Shown here piece after piece: positions 25,501 through 39,414 of a DNA stretch of 64,000 nucleotides. The first letter of the stretch is position 1. The number at the start of each line of letters is the position of its first letter. Made by a program: the position numbers and the translations under genes. This DNA comes from Azolla caroliniana. Its lineage: Eukaryota > Plantae > Polypodiophyta. The notes under the pieces were generated by a model. It saw only the letters and a program-made list of their open reading frames with translations. It was not told where the DNA came from and searched no databases. The stretch spans positions 12,648,001 through 12,712,000 of the forward strand of contig JBHGNT010000018.1 in assembly GCA_043228905.1 (NCBI GenBank), in the 5' to 3' direction.

Positions 25501-27832
25501 CTACTGCGACAACATACGCAGCATACAGCTCACCAAGAACCCCGTATTCCATGCTCACACAAAGCACATAGAAGTGCACTACCACTTCGTGTGTGAGTGT
25601 GTCCTGAGCGGTGAAGTCGAACTTCGGTATGTTCATACGGATCGACAAGTTGCAGACATCTTCACCAAACTGCTCGGATTAGACAAGTTGCAACACTTCA
25701 CCGAAATGCTTGGTGTTCAACATCTCGATGTGCTGCACTTGAGGGGGAGAACGGGCAAAGACACCGGAACGAGCAAAGGCAAAGAAACTTCTGATTACGC
25801 CGGTGAGGGAAGAACCGACAAAACGGGAGACAAGAAGAAGAAATGAGCCGAGTCGGCAAAGGAAGTTGACACATCCGAACAAGTCGGAACAAGTGGCAAC
25901 GGCGGCAGAGTCAAGAAGGACAGAGCCGACCAGAAGAAGAAGGCCAAGACCCGGACATGGTGCGATGTGGTGAAGGGCTTGGAACCGGAAGACGAATCGG
26001 GAGCGACCGATTCGCATAAGAGATGGAACGAATCAGAGACAACCGATTTAGTTCAACTGACGGATTCGGATGAACCAGATCAATTCAAGGCCAAGAGGAC
26101 GAGAAGGCAGCGAAAGTCGATGCCAACACGAAGGAATCGGCGAATCGGCAAGCGCCAAAGTCACAGCAGCGAGGGAGCTGAATTGGGCCTGGTGAGCAGA
26201 CAAGCCGACTGAGAAGGTCAAAGTGCGCAAAATCAGAAGGGTCGCGGCAAACGGGACTGGACCGGACGAGGAGCGTGAGTGAGGCAGAGTGACGCCAAAA
26301 GGAGTCAGCTGCCATGGAGACTAACACTACGATCCGACCTCAAGTTGAGCTAGAGGGGGAGTGTTGAGCCACAAGCTCAACCAGATCCGGATCAGCATCC
26401 GGAAGGATAAGCCGGATCGGTGAGCCCGTGAGCAAGCGGCCGGTTAGCCGGATCAAGCAGTAATCGGAAGCCTAGTAGCAGTCTTGTAGTTAGTGTCAGA
26501 CGCTCGTGTGAGCATTGAACTACATTGTACCTCTGTCAGTTCTCTTAGGACTTGTATAAATAGTGTTGTTGAGCACGTTGTATGTACAGGGAATTTTAGA
26601 GAGTTGTTGATAATAGATTTAAGTTATTCTGGTTTGTCTCTGTCTCTCCTGCGTGTTAATCTCTCTCTCTCTGTTGCTATCCGGCCAAGCCAGTTGTCTA
26701 ACGCTTCCGCACCTTCATTTTTACACGAACATAGTCAAGTTTTTGTTTTCTCTTGCCGTGTTGTCTAGTTCCACATATAGTATTGGTGGGAGAATACATT
26801 GCCAAGTTTGTAAAACTCTCTGCATGACTGTTATTGTAAGATTTGAGTCGTTGTGGATTTTAGGATAAGTTAGGAACACTTGAGGCCTTATTGTCTGACA
26901 ATATAATAGACAACCTACTAAGTGCATCTGCACTAGGCATTCATCTCCAATATCCTTTGGCAACCTTCGAAAGTGTGACAAACAAGTTTTCTTTTGATCC
27001 ATGCTATCTATAATGAAGCACATGTACCTTTCCGATGATTGCAGTGCTTTTTGTCAGTGGTGGATAACTTTAGATCTTTCCAACGCTTGACTTTTGCGAT
27101 GTTCTTTTAATAAATTCTTATAATTCCTTATTTCTTCATCTATTCTCCCACTCTTTGCCAAGCTTTTTTAACTTGCAAATACAGAACAAACACCCATTCG
27201 GACCTTACGCGGTATGACCACATTGTCAAATTGCAACCTCCATAATCGATTAAAATGTCGTTATCATATATAAGGTACACTTTCTAATAGCATATCATCC
27301 TTATACACTTGGTAAACCTCATGACGAGTGAAGTTATCTGACAAATGTAATCTTCTAGTTGTGGGCATAATATCACATTGCTTTGAGAAATATATCTCCA
27401 TCCACCTACCGGCATGGCACCCAACTAGACGCTTACATCCAGATACTATATTGTTGAATGGTACCCACTAACCCTTTACTAACCGATTTTGAATTCTCTT
27501 GAGCCTCATGTTACCAATGCAATAAGCAATTTTGAAAGCAAAGCGACAACTCTTTATACTTAGTGCAAGGTAATATTTGTTATGCATTGAACTTGGCCCT
27601 CCTGTATGGTCCTTAACAAGTTGCATATGTGAAATAAAAAATGTATCTTGTTTGTCACCATCAAGTGACAAATACGAATGTCACAATCCCCTCAAGTTTT
27701 CCTTTAAAAATTTTGAAAGACAAAGATTCCCACAACATGGTTTGCTTGTATCAAACGCAATTTGATGATCAGAATTCAAATTGACACTCACTTGCCAGGG
27801 AATTCTTCTAAAATTAAGAGGTTGGTTAACGC
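19556..27832 (-). pseudogene. Sola1-like (DUF7869-type) DDD transposase, split by copia B1, with several stops and frameshifts
   Basis: N-terminal KPCCGNLCL...SLDGDKQDTF...CRFAFKIAYCIG; catalytic region FIIDSMDQ, LYVELDNTARENKN, FLLVGHTHDHIHQMFSRF. Removing copia B1 and one TSD restores the frame (ENKNLTMFSYLSML). Confidence 0.82.
20987..26725 (+). mobile_element. Ty1/copia element, family B copy 1 (full length, degenerate)
   Basis: LTRs 20987-21380 and 26362-26725; PBS TGGTATCAGAGC (21381); PPT AGAGGGGGAG; TSD TGAAC/CGAAC; gag-PR-INT-RT(YVDDL)-RH(YTDADWAGD). Confidence 0.95.
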
Positions 27833-28451
27833 TTTCGTGCCTTTCGGCACTGGATCGTTGTCATCCGTGAAGTCGTGATAAAGGGTTACCCGAGTATTAT
27901 GGAATGTGAGATCTCATCTTGCACGAAATTTTTTTGGTCAATCTCCACATCTCCGATCTTCACTATGACATTCGAACAAGCCGCAAATAAGTCTTCCATT
28001 GCTTTACTAGCTGCCCGAATCTTCAATCCATGACTGGTGTTTACAGGCCACTTGCCCTTGCGGTAGAACTCCTTGGACATGAGATTGATCTCCGATCCAT
28101 GATCTATCAATGCAACTATGGGCTCTTTGATGTTTCCAATTAGGACCGGACTCGTTCATTAGAACGGTATTCACATGCACCCTTGGAACATTTCGATTCC
28201 TTCGTAGTCTGCCTCTTTCTTTTCACGAGATCCACAAGGAGATCGTGGAACTCTTTCTTTGCTATTCCGAACAATTCCCAGAGAGAAAATTCCACCCGAC
28301 TATCAAGGATTCTCTCTTCGAACACCTTGTTTAGATCCGTCTGTTGTTCGATGTCGGAGGCAAGTTTGAATGTCGGGGTCGATTTTCCTTTTCCTTTCCC
28401 TTCAGAATTCCAGCTCTTTGGCATCTTCGATGGTCCGACTGCATCATCCGT

Positions 28452-28981
28452 TGTCGCGTTGTTACGCGCTTGCGTGTAGAAGGGGCAGGACCACGGGGGT
28501 CTCGGAGTAGGGAGTAGAGGAGAAAGAATAAGATATGTTTGGAAGCTTAGCTCAAGATGAGAAGAAGAAATAATAAGATCACCACATAGAAGGAGAGATT
28601 GGCCAAGGCAAGATGCTCAACAAGTTATATTAAAACGAATGAATGATTACAACAATGGTGGCCACATGGGCCGTACCAAACGACTATGAGAAAACCCTAA
28701 CCGAAGATGAATAAGGGAAACCCTAAACGAAACCCTAACCCTAAAACGGTAAAACCTCTAGACTAAGTGGTATACCTCTCATACGCAAAATAGGCAACCC
28801 CTTCATAAGTGACCCCTCCCTTCCTTTTATAGCCCAAGGAGGGAGGGACCTTACAATGTGGGATAAAATTTCCCCTCTTATTTCTATACACCATTTCCTA
28901 GTATACGTGTGCACATGTTGCACACCACCGACTTGCCCTTTCCACCCCGGTTTCCGCCTATAGACGAAAATCTTCACGACA
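28452..28981. mobile_element. solo LTR (530 bp) with family-A-like termini and 4-bp TSD CCGT
   Basis: TGTCGCG...CACGACA termini; CCGT duplicated (28448-28451, 28982-28985) but single in the uninterrupted copy 1 gag; contains AAACCCTA repeats. Confidence 0.88.
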
Positions 28982-30242
28982 CCGTGCACCATCGTTTCTC
29001 ATCTACATACACCTCATGTAATTGACATAAGGGATATACGCTATTTTTATCTACGAGGCACTCCCATCCCGTAGCTTCTCGGATACCTTCCACGGTGCTC
29101 CAGATTTCATTAAATTCGGTTTTCTCCGTGATATCTAGCACCTTCAGCCAAAAAGTTGACTTCTCTTTACATGTTTCACCAAGACATATTCCCGCGGTTG
29201 TCTCATAATTACTTTTTGCCGCAATATCCTCCTCTAGGACCTTCTTTATGCCGCCTTTTCGGAAGTTCGGTCGGAGTGGCTTCCGAGAATCCATTAAATG
29301 GATCTGATTTGCCTCATAGTAGATGAGATCCCATTGTAGAGACTCATTGTGCTCATCGCAATCTTTCCGATCATGTTCGGTGCTGTCGCACCATATTCAT
29401 CGACGATCCATATACTTGGAACTTGTGGGACAGTCTTCTGACTTCTTCACCATCACGATTTAGAGATTCTCCATCTCCTTTAGCAACTACTCCACTGTGT
29501 TTGCATCAAATCCCTTCTCGGTCATAGTCTCCCGAGCCCATGGTTGATAGTCTTCCAATCCAGCTCTTAGTCTTGAAATTGGTTTCAAAACCCTCATTTT
29601 TTCATTACTGAGCCATTGCCCCCTCTTTGTGTATCGTGTGACGATGTCCCACACATTTTCCCATGTATTGGTGAGGCCATTCTCAGTAGTCGTGTCCTCT
29701 AGAAGCACTCCAAGATCATTCCAGTCCTGGACATCCACGGCTTGTAAGAAAATGGTCACTTTGTCTGGTGCGAGGATAGCTTGATCTCTTGCGGGCAACC
29801 ATCCAAATCGACTTTCGAATGCCGAAAACACATCGAGGACCTTCAACCCCTTGTTTGGTGTTTCCACCCAATCTTCAAATCCTCTCCCAATTGCCTTGGA
29901 GGAGTCCTCGATAGTGAATGTAGTCTTCAACGCTTCTTCAAACACCGCTCACGTCAGATTTTGTTGTTGTATCCCATGGATACTCCCTTAAACCCATCCG
30001 TAGCCACCCAATTGAAGGATGTCACTTGCAATCCTTCCGATATTCCGCACCATAGGATCTCCGTCTTGTAGTCTCCCAAATAACATGTCAAATGCCTATC
30101 GTTGATTTGTTCATTCTGTTGCACGAGCCACTCTACTAGAGAGGCAATCTCCGACATGGCGCATTGTTCTTGTAGCATCTGTTCGAACATCGTCATCATG
30201 TTGTTAGGCTCTTGTTGATTCTCCATCTCCTTGCCGCCCCTT

Positions 30243-30260
30243 TTCACGTCGGGTTCACCA
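30243..30260 (-). promoter_or_regulatory. primer-binding site complementary to tRNA-Trp
   Basis: Plus strand TTCACGTCGGGTTCACCA matches the 18-nt 3' end of plant cytosolic tRNA-Trp as recalled; lies 4 nt inside the 5' LTR end at 30265. Confidence 0.85.
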
Positions 30261-30903
30261 AATGTGTCGCGCTTTTCGGCACTAGATCGTTGCGTGAGTT
30301 GAGTGTGAACCGTTGGGGTTTTGGACTAGGAGGAAGAAGAATTTGAGATGAATCTAGTTAAGAATATATTGTAATAGAGATATAGGAAACTCGTGAATCC
30401 CACGAGTATAGTGTATTAACCAATACTTAGATAAGAATATGAATTTTAATTGAAAGAGAGAAGTAGATAGAAAACTCGTCAATCCCACGAGTATAATATA
30501 TTAATCAACCCTTATGAAAAAAAATCAATAACAACAACCTATTACAATTTGCTCCCCAACCTTATATAATGATGGGAGAGGCTAAGTATATCTTCCCACA
30601 TGGAAAGCATCATATTTTTTGTAAAGTGTTCATACACACTAAATGTGCATGAATCACTTTATCTATTATGCTTTTTCTTCTAATAATAGTGTTCATGCAC
30701 ACATGAGATGTGCATGAATAGCTTTTCGATCTTGCATTTTCTTCTAACTAAAGCTTTTTCCTAGAAAATATGTGTGGAAGAACCTTTGTATGTGGGATGC
30801 CTACTTTTCTAACACTTATGGCATGTTAGTATAATGGTAAGGCTTCAAAGCTTGCCCTATGCATATAACATATATTTTAGTATTTTCTTCTAATTCTTTA
30901 TAT

Positions 30904-33900
30904 TGTGATGTGCACTATTCAAATCTCGTTTTTCCCTCCCTCTGTCTCTTGGTAGGCACCTCTATTTATAAGGTTTCCCACTGTTTCTTGGTTCTACCCC
31001 TTGTTAGTTACAAATTTTGTTGGTTCCTCTTGGGACCAAAGTATATGGTTTGGTCCCCACACATGACACCTCCCCCTTTTAGGAAAAATTACATATTAGG
31101 AATGGTGACTTGTTTTTCTTTTCTTTTCTTTACTATGCAGCAAGGGCTTTTGACTACTCAAGGAATGAAGTCACTATGCAACGTATATAGGGGATGTTGA
31201 CTGTTGCACTATGGATGGTGGAATGGCCGTGGGCGGTTGTTGTCAGATGCAGAATGGAGGAAGTGCCCGCACCTCGACTGTGGAGACATCTAGGTGTGTC
31301 GATGGCTGTGATGGTCCCATGATGTCCTCACCGGTGTTCTCGTAGTGGAGGTTCTCAGCTAGGGGCGGTATGCACTTGATCCGTGAGACATGGGCAACTG
31401 TTTCCATCGATTTATCGACTCGGCGCAACCGGTATTTGTTCGAGCCGATGCGTGCCATGATCTTGTATGGGCTTGATCATCTATGCATGAGTGATTCACA
31501 AAGAACCTTTTTCCGCATAGGGTAATAGACTCTGACATATTCGCCGATGATGAGCTTGGTTGGTATATGTGATTTGTCAAAGTACATCTTTTGCCGTTGT
31601 TGTGCTTTACTCAAGTTATATTGAATGGCTCGTCGGAGAAGTGGAATATTTGACTGTAGGTACAACCACCACGATGTGGCATCGCTATGGTGTGGGTTAA
31701 TTTTTACTGTGTGTGGGTCTGGTGGGAGACGAGGATCGCGGCCATACAACGCCTTGAATGGGCTCACCTTGGGGGATTCTTGCACTGAGGTGTTGTATGC
31801 GTGTACCGCGAATGACAATACGTGATTCCATGATTGCTCAACACTCCTTTTCTATTCTAGAGTAGTTTTGTTCTGATTTCATCAGTGCTCTACTGATGTA
31901 TGCTATCGGTTGCTAGTTGTCATTATCATCTTGTTGCAGGAGTACAACACCTATTCCATAATTGGAAGCATCTGTTTGGAGGCGGAAGACTTTGTTGAAG
32001 TCTGGGAATGCCAAGGTTCTTGCATTCTTGATTAACTTTTTGAGTTTCTCAAAACTTTGTGCACATTCTGCTGACCACTGATATTTTGATCCTTTTTTCA
32101 ATAGTAATCTTAAGGGAGCTGTGACCATGGCTAGGTTAGGAATAAACCATAGTGAAAAGTTCACAAGGCCAAGGAACCTTTGTAGGGATTTGATGTTGCT
32201 TGGCGTTGGATAATCTACAATGGCTCGTATCTTAGCAGGGTCGCGTTGGATGCCATTTGGGGATATCATGAATCCTAAAAATCATAGTTCCGTTGCTCCC
32301 CATTTGCACTTCTTAAAATGTAGTTGTAGGTTATATTTTTGGATGCGTAGGAGGACTTCTTGTAAGATTTGAATATGTTGCGACCACTCAATAGTGTGTA
32401 TCAGTATATCGTCACGATAGACTAGTATGACTCCTTTATGGATTAGGTCCTGAAAAATGGTGTTCGCCATGCTTGGGAATGTGTTGTTAGCATTGGATAA
32501 TCCGAAGGGCATCCTCTTAAATTGGTATAAGTTGTGTTGTGTTCTAAAAGTTGTCTTGTGTTTATCTTCAGGTTGTAGGGGTATTTGTTAATACCCTGAA
32601 GCCAAATCTAAGGATGTAAAGTATCTTGACTTACCGAGTTTGTCGATTAAATCGTTGATGCATGGTAATGGATATCTGTCATGCTTTGTAATAATATTCA
32701 GTGATCTGAAATCAATGCAAAATTTGAATGTATCGTCATCTTTTTTGACCAGTTGATGAGGCTTTGATACCCATTCACTACTAAACGGCTCAATAATATC
32801 CTTTTGGAGCATTTCTTGAACTACTGTGTTGATCATGTGATGATCAAGTGGTGACCGCCTTCTAGTTGCCATTTGCACTAGAGGAGAGTGTGTTGTGGGT
32901 ATGGCGTGCTGCACTTGTAAAGTTACTTGGGTTGTTTTTTCTGTCTTCATAAAGATTTTCTGGAATAGCCCAAGTAGGCTATGGAGATCGGCCAAACGTG
33001 ATTGTGCTGGCTCTATTTGGATTTGAGTATGCATGATCTATGTGCTAGTATGAGGTGTGTTAAGAAGGGGAATTGTGGTGAACGCCCTTATATGCGGAAG
33101 AACTAATGTCTGTGTGTTGAAATGAAATTGGGCCCCATGCTTAACAAACCAATCACATCCTAATGTTAAAGGAAAAAGTTGTTTGGGAAGCCATAGAATG
33201 AATGGACGAAAGTATGTTGTGCTAGTGTGAACGTGCAATGTGCATGTGTGAATGATGTATAGAGTTTTTGCTTGTCGCCAAAAAGTACATGGATTAATGG
33301 TGCAAATGATGTTGGTAAGTGCAATTGATTAACTATATCTAAACTAATTGAAGAGATCGTGCTACCTGAATTTAGTACTGCTTCATGGGATGTATTCTGA
33401 ATACATGCTATTGTGGAGCAGACTATTCGGCTAGAAGATGTGGCAACTTGGAAGTGCAGGAGTTGCTCTTCCTTCAATGTCCCGCGTTGATGTTTTCCTG
33501 TATGTCGGCAAGAGACGTGGAATCGGCCAACTGGAGTTGTGTGTGTTGATGATGTCTAGATGCGGCGAATTTCCAGCAATATTTTTTGACATGTCCATAA
33601 TTATTGTAGTAAAAACTGCATGGGCGTCCTTGAGTGTCTCGACTTGGAAGTTGCTTCTTAGTATTAATTTGTGCATTTTGGATGTCAATATCCATTGGGC
33701 ATGCTGTGGATTCAACTTGATGCTTCTAATTGTTTTGTTGTGGCATTGTAGGTGCTTATGGCAATTCCATGTAGTCAGGTGCTTCTATACATTGGGCGAT
33801 CTGTATAGCCATTTAGAATGTGGTCGGCCCTTGATCTTTTACTCTCCTATAGATGTTGTGTCTCAACCTTGGTAATATGAAATATAGCTTCATAGTCTCT

Positions 33901-34696
33901 TTCATGTTTGGATCTACTCTGAGTAAGAGTTGTTTTAATTTGACTACAAACTGTGCTACTGGTTCATGTGTTTGTTGGCGCATGTTACCTAATTGTTGCA
34001 GGTTTGTTTGTGTTATGTCGTTATTGGCGAAGTGTTGGACCAATTGTTCGTGTAGGTATGACCAATCTTGTTTAACTTCTTCTGGTTGTTGAATAAACCA
34101 GGTTGTTGCGACATTTTCCAATATTGTGCGTAGTTCAAGAGCTTTTCTGTCATCACTCCATTGATCATAGTCGACGACATTATCAAAGTGATCTAGCCAA
34201 GCCAATGCATCTTCTGTTGGCAGACTGGAAAATGATTGGAGCCTGATTTGCGAGTCCTTCTATTTCTCTGTGTTGTTGCCTGTTTGCTGTGATTGATTAG
34301 TTAACTGATTCATTATTGTTTGATTTGGGTGGTTTACCCGCACCATCATTGCAGACATAACTTGAAGCATTTGCTTGGTTGCATTGCTTGGAGAGCTCTG
34401 TTCCACGAACTCTTGTTGCATACTCATCGTGTTGTTGAAATCTGATGTTTGCATCTTTGTGTAGTTGATGCTCACTTGAATTCGCGTCCTCTCGACTGGT
34501 TACTTGTGGGCTCAATGATTGCTTCTATGTGATGATCGGTGGGTGTGCGACTACGTTGATCTCAAAAATGCCCGTTATTTCAACCAATGTGATATGCACT
34601 ATTCAAGTCTCGTTTTTCCCTCCCTTTGTCTCTTGGTAGGCACCTCTATTTATAAGGTTTCCAACTATTTCTTGGTTCTACCCCTAGTTAGTTACA
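30904..34696 (-). mobile_element. Ty3/gypsy element D (short 165-bp LTR; most of RNaseH and the integrase core deleted)
   Basis: 3' LTR 30904-31068 with PPT 31069-31080; partial 5' LTR 34588-34696 with TGG-starting PBS-like site; gag, PR, RT (FCIDFR, DLASGY, MPFGL, VYRDD), RH (QTDAS), integrase C-terminus (AYNTS...LYGRDP). Confidence 0.9.
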
Positions 34697-37600
34697 GAAG
34701 TACCGTGTACTTCAATGCTCACTCGATCATCTGACACTAACTACGAGAGTATTAACTCCCTAGCAGTCTAGCTGCTACTAGGCTTCCGGTTACTGATGGA
34801 TCCGGCTAACCGGCTCCCCAGCTCATCGGCTCTTTTGCTCACCGGGTGCTCACCGGCTCACCGATCCGTCTCCAATTGAGCTTGCCGCTCAACACTCCCC
34901 CTCAAGCTCAACTTGAGGTCCGGTCGTAGTGTCAACGTCTGTGGCAACCGGTCCTTCTACCCCGGCTCCTTCTGGCGTCACTCCGCCTTGCTCACGCTCC
35001 TCGTCTGGTCCGGTTCTGTTTGCTGCAACCCCTCTTCTTCTGCGCACCTCGACCTCCTCGGTCGGCATGTCTGCTCAACGGGCCCAATTCAGCTTCCCTC
35101 ACCGGTGCATTCGACAGTCTCTTTGCCTTTGCCCGTTCCTGTGTTTTTGCCCGTTCTCCCCCTCAAGTGTGGCACATCGAGATGCTGAACACCAAGCATT
35201 TCGGTGAAGTGTTTCAACTTGTCCGATCCGAGTGGTTTGGTGAAGATGTCGGCAACTTGCCGATCCGTGTGAACATACCGAAGTTCGACCTCAGCGCTCA
35301 GGAAACGCTCACACACAAAGTGATAGTGCACTTCTATGTGCTTTGTGCGAGCATGGAATACGGGGTTCTTAGCGAGTTGCATGTTGCTTATGTTGTCGCA
35401 GTAGATCAGAATTGGGGTCGATACCTTGATCCGTAGGTCTTGCATCAGTCGTCGAAGCCAAATGGTTTCACAGGTGGCAATGGTAGTGCCCCGATACTCA
35501 TTCTCAGTGCTTGATAGAGCAACTGTTGGCTGCTTTATGCTCCTCCACGCAACAACCGCACTACCTAGGGAAAACATGTAACTGGAGGTTGATCGGCGAT
35601 CTGATGCATCGCCGGCCAAGTCGGCATTCATGTAACCGACCAACTCTTCGGTAATACCGCACCGGTATAACAGTCCCCGGTCCTTCGTGCCGCTCACATA
35701 CCGCAGTATTCGGTGCACGCACGAAGATGCTCTACAGTTGGCTTCTGCATGAATTGGCTAATCACACCCACCGGCTTCTCCATTTGGAAACCGGGGGGTT
35801 GTATCATAAAGACCTCTTCTTCAAGATCTCCTTGAAGAAATGCATTCTTCACATGCATCTGGTGAAGATGCCACCCCCTTGCCGCAACAACCGCCAGCAC
35901 CACAGGAACCGTCGTCATCTTCGCTACTGGACCGAAGGTCTCGTCATAGTCGATTCCGTGGGTCTGTTTGTATCCCTTCGCCACTAACCGAGCCTTGTAC
36001 CGGTTAACTAAACCGTCAGCGTTGTACTTTACCTTGTACACCCACTTGAATCCGATCGGTTTACTGTGACGGGGAGGGTCAACCAGGTCCCATGTATCGT
36101 TGGCATCAAGTGCCTGCATCTCTTCTTCCATAGCGGCACACCAATATGCGTCCTATGCCGCTTCTGCGTAGCTCTCTGGCGCACGCACTTCCGCCACCTT
36201 AGTCATGTATGCATAGTGATGCGCCATGTACTCATTGTACCCGTACCGCTTAACAAGTTCCTTCTGGTGGGTTGACCGGCGTAACCCACCGTTACCCGGT
36301 TTGAGGCCATTCTTGGCCGGTTCGGTCTTCGGTGCTGAAGAACTGTCATTTTCCTTTTCGGAGTCAGATCCGATCCGATCCGACTCATCAATACCGGTTT
36401 CATAATCCGACATCTTCTTCTTCCCCTTCTCTTTGCGCGCGAACCGTCTCCTCGATTCCTTGCGCGGGGAGAGCACGGCAGAGTCTTCATTATTCGCCGG
36501 TTCTTCTTCTGATTGGTCGGATTGATGCAATCTCTCGTTCGGCCCACTACACCGAAACGATCCCAAACTCTCTTCTTGTGTCCCGGATTCATCATCTTCT
36601 AATTGGACCGATTCAGGCTCACTAGCCTCATCCTCCGGTATCGGGTCGAGGTCAGAAGTCGAAGCTGGTAAGGCATACCATGATGCCGTCTCATCAAACT
36701 CAACATCGCGGCTAACTCGGACCTGCTTCGTCTGGGGGTTATAACACTTATTCCCCTTTTGCTCATGTGAGTAGCCGACGAGGATGCACTTCTCCAATTT
36801 TGCATCCAGCTTCCTCCGCTTCTCATCTAGCACATGCACATATGCTATTTTGCCGAAAATCCGAAGGTGTCTCAAATTCGGCTTGCACTCGAAATACAGC
36901 TCATGCGCGAACACCTCGTCACCGATCCGGTTTTGGATGTAGACGGTGGTCCGGACCACCTCCGCCCAGTAGAAATGGGGCATGCTCTTCTCTTCCAACA
37001 TTGCCCTTGCCACGTCAACAAGCGACCGGTTCTTCCTTTCGGCCACACCATTTTGCTCCGGTGTGTATCTGTAGCTGAACTCTCTCCGAATTCCTTTTTG
37101 ATGTAGATAACTATTGAATTGGCTGCAAAAATATTCTTTTCCACCATCTGACCGTAGGCACTTGATCGTCCTCTCCGATTCTCGTTGCACCATGCTCTGG
37201 AGGTTCCCGAAACAGTCGAAGACTTCGCTCTTCTACTCAATGAGGTAGATCCATGTGTGTCGTCTATAGTCGTCAATAAAGGAGACGAAATATCGACTCC
37301 CGCCAAGACTCACGTTCTGTGCCAGTCCCCATAAGAGTGAATAAGGTCGATCTTGTTACGACTACGGTTTTGTTCGGCGGGGAATGGAAGCCGGTGTTGC
37401 TTACCGAGTTGGCAGGCTTCATATACTTAGGCCTTCTGGCCACTAAACTTTGGCAAACCGAAAACAACTTGTTTCATTTGTAAGTCTTGAAGCCACCGGT
37501 AATTGACGTGGCCGATCCGCTTGTGCCATAGGTCGATGTCCGATTCGACCTTCTGTCCTTTGGCGAACAAAGCAGTGCCAACGTCATTGGTGTCAAGGAT

Positions 37601-39414
37601 GAACATCCTCCAATCTCTACACCCTTGCGTGATAATCTGGCCCTCCTCCTCGATGAAGCACCCAAGGTGCGTAAACCACACCTGTATTCCCTGGCCGACG
37701 ATCTATCCGACCAACACCAGGTTCTTCGTGATAGTCAGAACGTGTAATACATTCATCAGCGTCCCCCTTTGTCCGACGTGGCTCAGGGGAACTTCTCCGA
37801 CATGCACGATTGGGTGAGGAGTGTCGTCTCCGGTTTCGACAAGTCCCGGTTGTTCCGATTTCTCCAAGAAGGAGAACAACTCTTTGTAGCTCGTCATGTG
37901 ATTTGACGAACTGGAATCAACGTACGACACTTCCTCCGATTTGGAAGTGGTCTTCTTCATCGAGTTTGCCTCGTGCTTCATCACCAAGGCTGGCCTCTTA
38001 CCGGTGTTCCTGGTTCCAGATCCTCTCGATCCTTGTGCGTATTGCGAGCTTTGCCGGTTCTCCCGACCGGTTTTGCCGGATCCAGATCAGTCCGAATCGG
38101 CGCGCGCTTCTTCCAGCACTCACTTCCTCTGTGGCCCTTTTTGCCACACTACTAGCATTCCGTGGTGGATTTGTCTTGCCGGCTTCCGGCGCCACCTTGA
38201 CTCCCCCTGCTTGTGGAAGTTCCGGAACTACTGTCGGCACGGTCTCTGTGCCGTTTGTCTTGCCCTTGCCGGCCGCCTCCATTGCGTGCCGACCCGCCTC
38301 GTCCACCACACCCACGGGGCCGATCCGCCTTCGTGTATAGCATCCGGTTGTCGGTGGGTGCACTTGTTGATGCACCGGCATGGTTCTCCTCTACAAAGAG
38401 CATCGACCCTAAGTCGAAAAATGACGGCGTATTCTCCCTCGTACATACTACTATCCGGAAAGGTCGGAACTTAGACGCTAGGCCCCCAAGACAGACCTGT
38501 ACCATCTCGTCTTCCTCTACAGTGACGTTGATAGAGGCAAGCGAGTCACAGATCTCTTTGATTCGGGCCGTGTAATCAGCCACAGACATGTCCTTCTGTC
38601 GGACATTGCTCAACTCTTGTCAGAGTTGTAGCTTCTGGGTTGTGGTGCTTGCGGCGAACACCTTCTTCAGGTTTCCCCAAGCCTCTTTCGGCGTCCCGGC
38701 ATCTCGGACGTAGCTCAACAGCTAGTCTCTGACACTGGATGCAAAGCAGTAAATCACTCTGCTTGCCCATTGTTCCCACACCGGGAAGTCCTTGTGTGCC
38801 GCATCAGGTGATGTGTCATTAGCTCCGTCAACATAGCTCCAGTAACCATGCCCAAGTAGGTACTGGTGCATCTTGTATGACCTAGATGCGTAGTTGGATC
38901 TACCGAGCTTCTCCACCGGAAGCAAGCTAGCCATTCCTCTATCCATTGTATTTTTTTTCTTATGTTCTTTACAAAGGTTAGGTTTTCTTTTTGCGAAAGA
39001 AAATGTCGGCTGCAGAGGTTCTCAACCCTCGCGCTCTGATACCATGTAAAAACAAATAGCATGCGGAAGCAATAAAAAACAGAAAACAGAGAACAAGTTT
39101 AATGGAGAGCTTAACAGTACGCGGGAGAGACAGAGAGAGCAGAACAAGAATCACTATTCAAAAATTATATCAACACTCTGTACATAGTATGTGTTCAACG
39201 AACACTTTTATACAAGTCCATACGGACTGACAGAAGTACAGTGTACTTCAATGCTCACTCGAGAGCCTACCACTAACTATGAGAGTATTAATTCCCTAGT
39301 AGTCTAGCTGCTACTAGGCTTCCGGTTACTGATGGATCCGGCTAACCGGCTCCCCAGCTCACTGGGTGCTCACCGGCTCACCGATCCATCTCCAATTGAG
39401 CCTACCGCTCAACA
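34694..39414 (-). mobile_element. Ty1/copia family B copy 2 (RT internal deletion; 3' LTR truncated)
   Basis: 5' LTR 39045-39414, PBS 39033-39044, PPT 34895-34903, 3' LTR remnant 34694-34894; ORFs homologous to B1. Confidence 0.93.

Larger units (their letters stand above)
27833..30903 (-). mobile_element. family A copy 2: internally deleted (gag-PR only, ~28 bp of 3' LTR left), 5' LTR 30265-30903 cut by gypsy D
   Basis: Homologous to 4490-5920 and extends the gag N-terminus; LTR terminus remnant at 27833-27860 joins directly to protease sequence. Confidence 0.88.
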
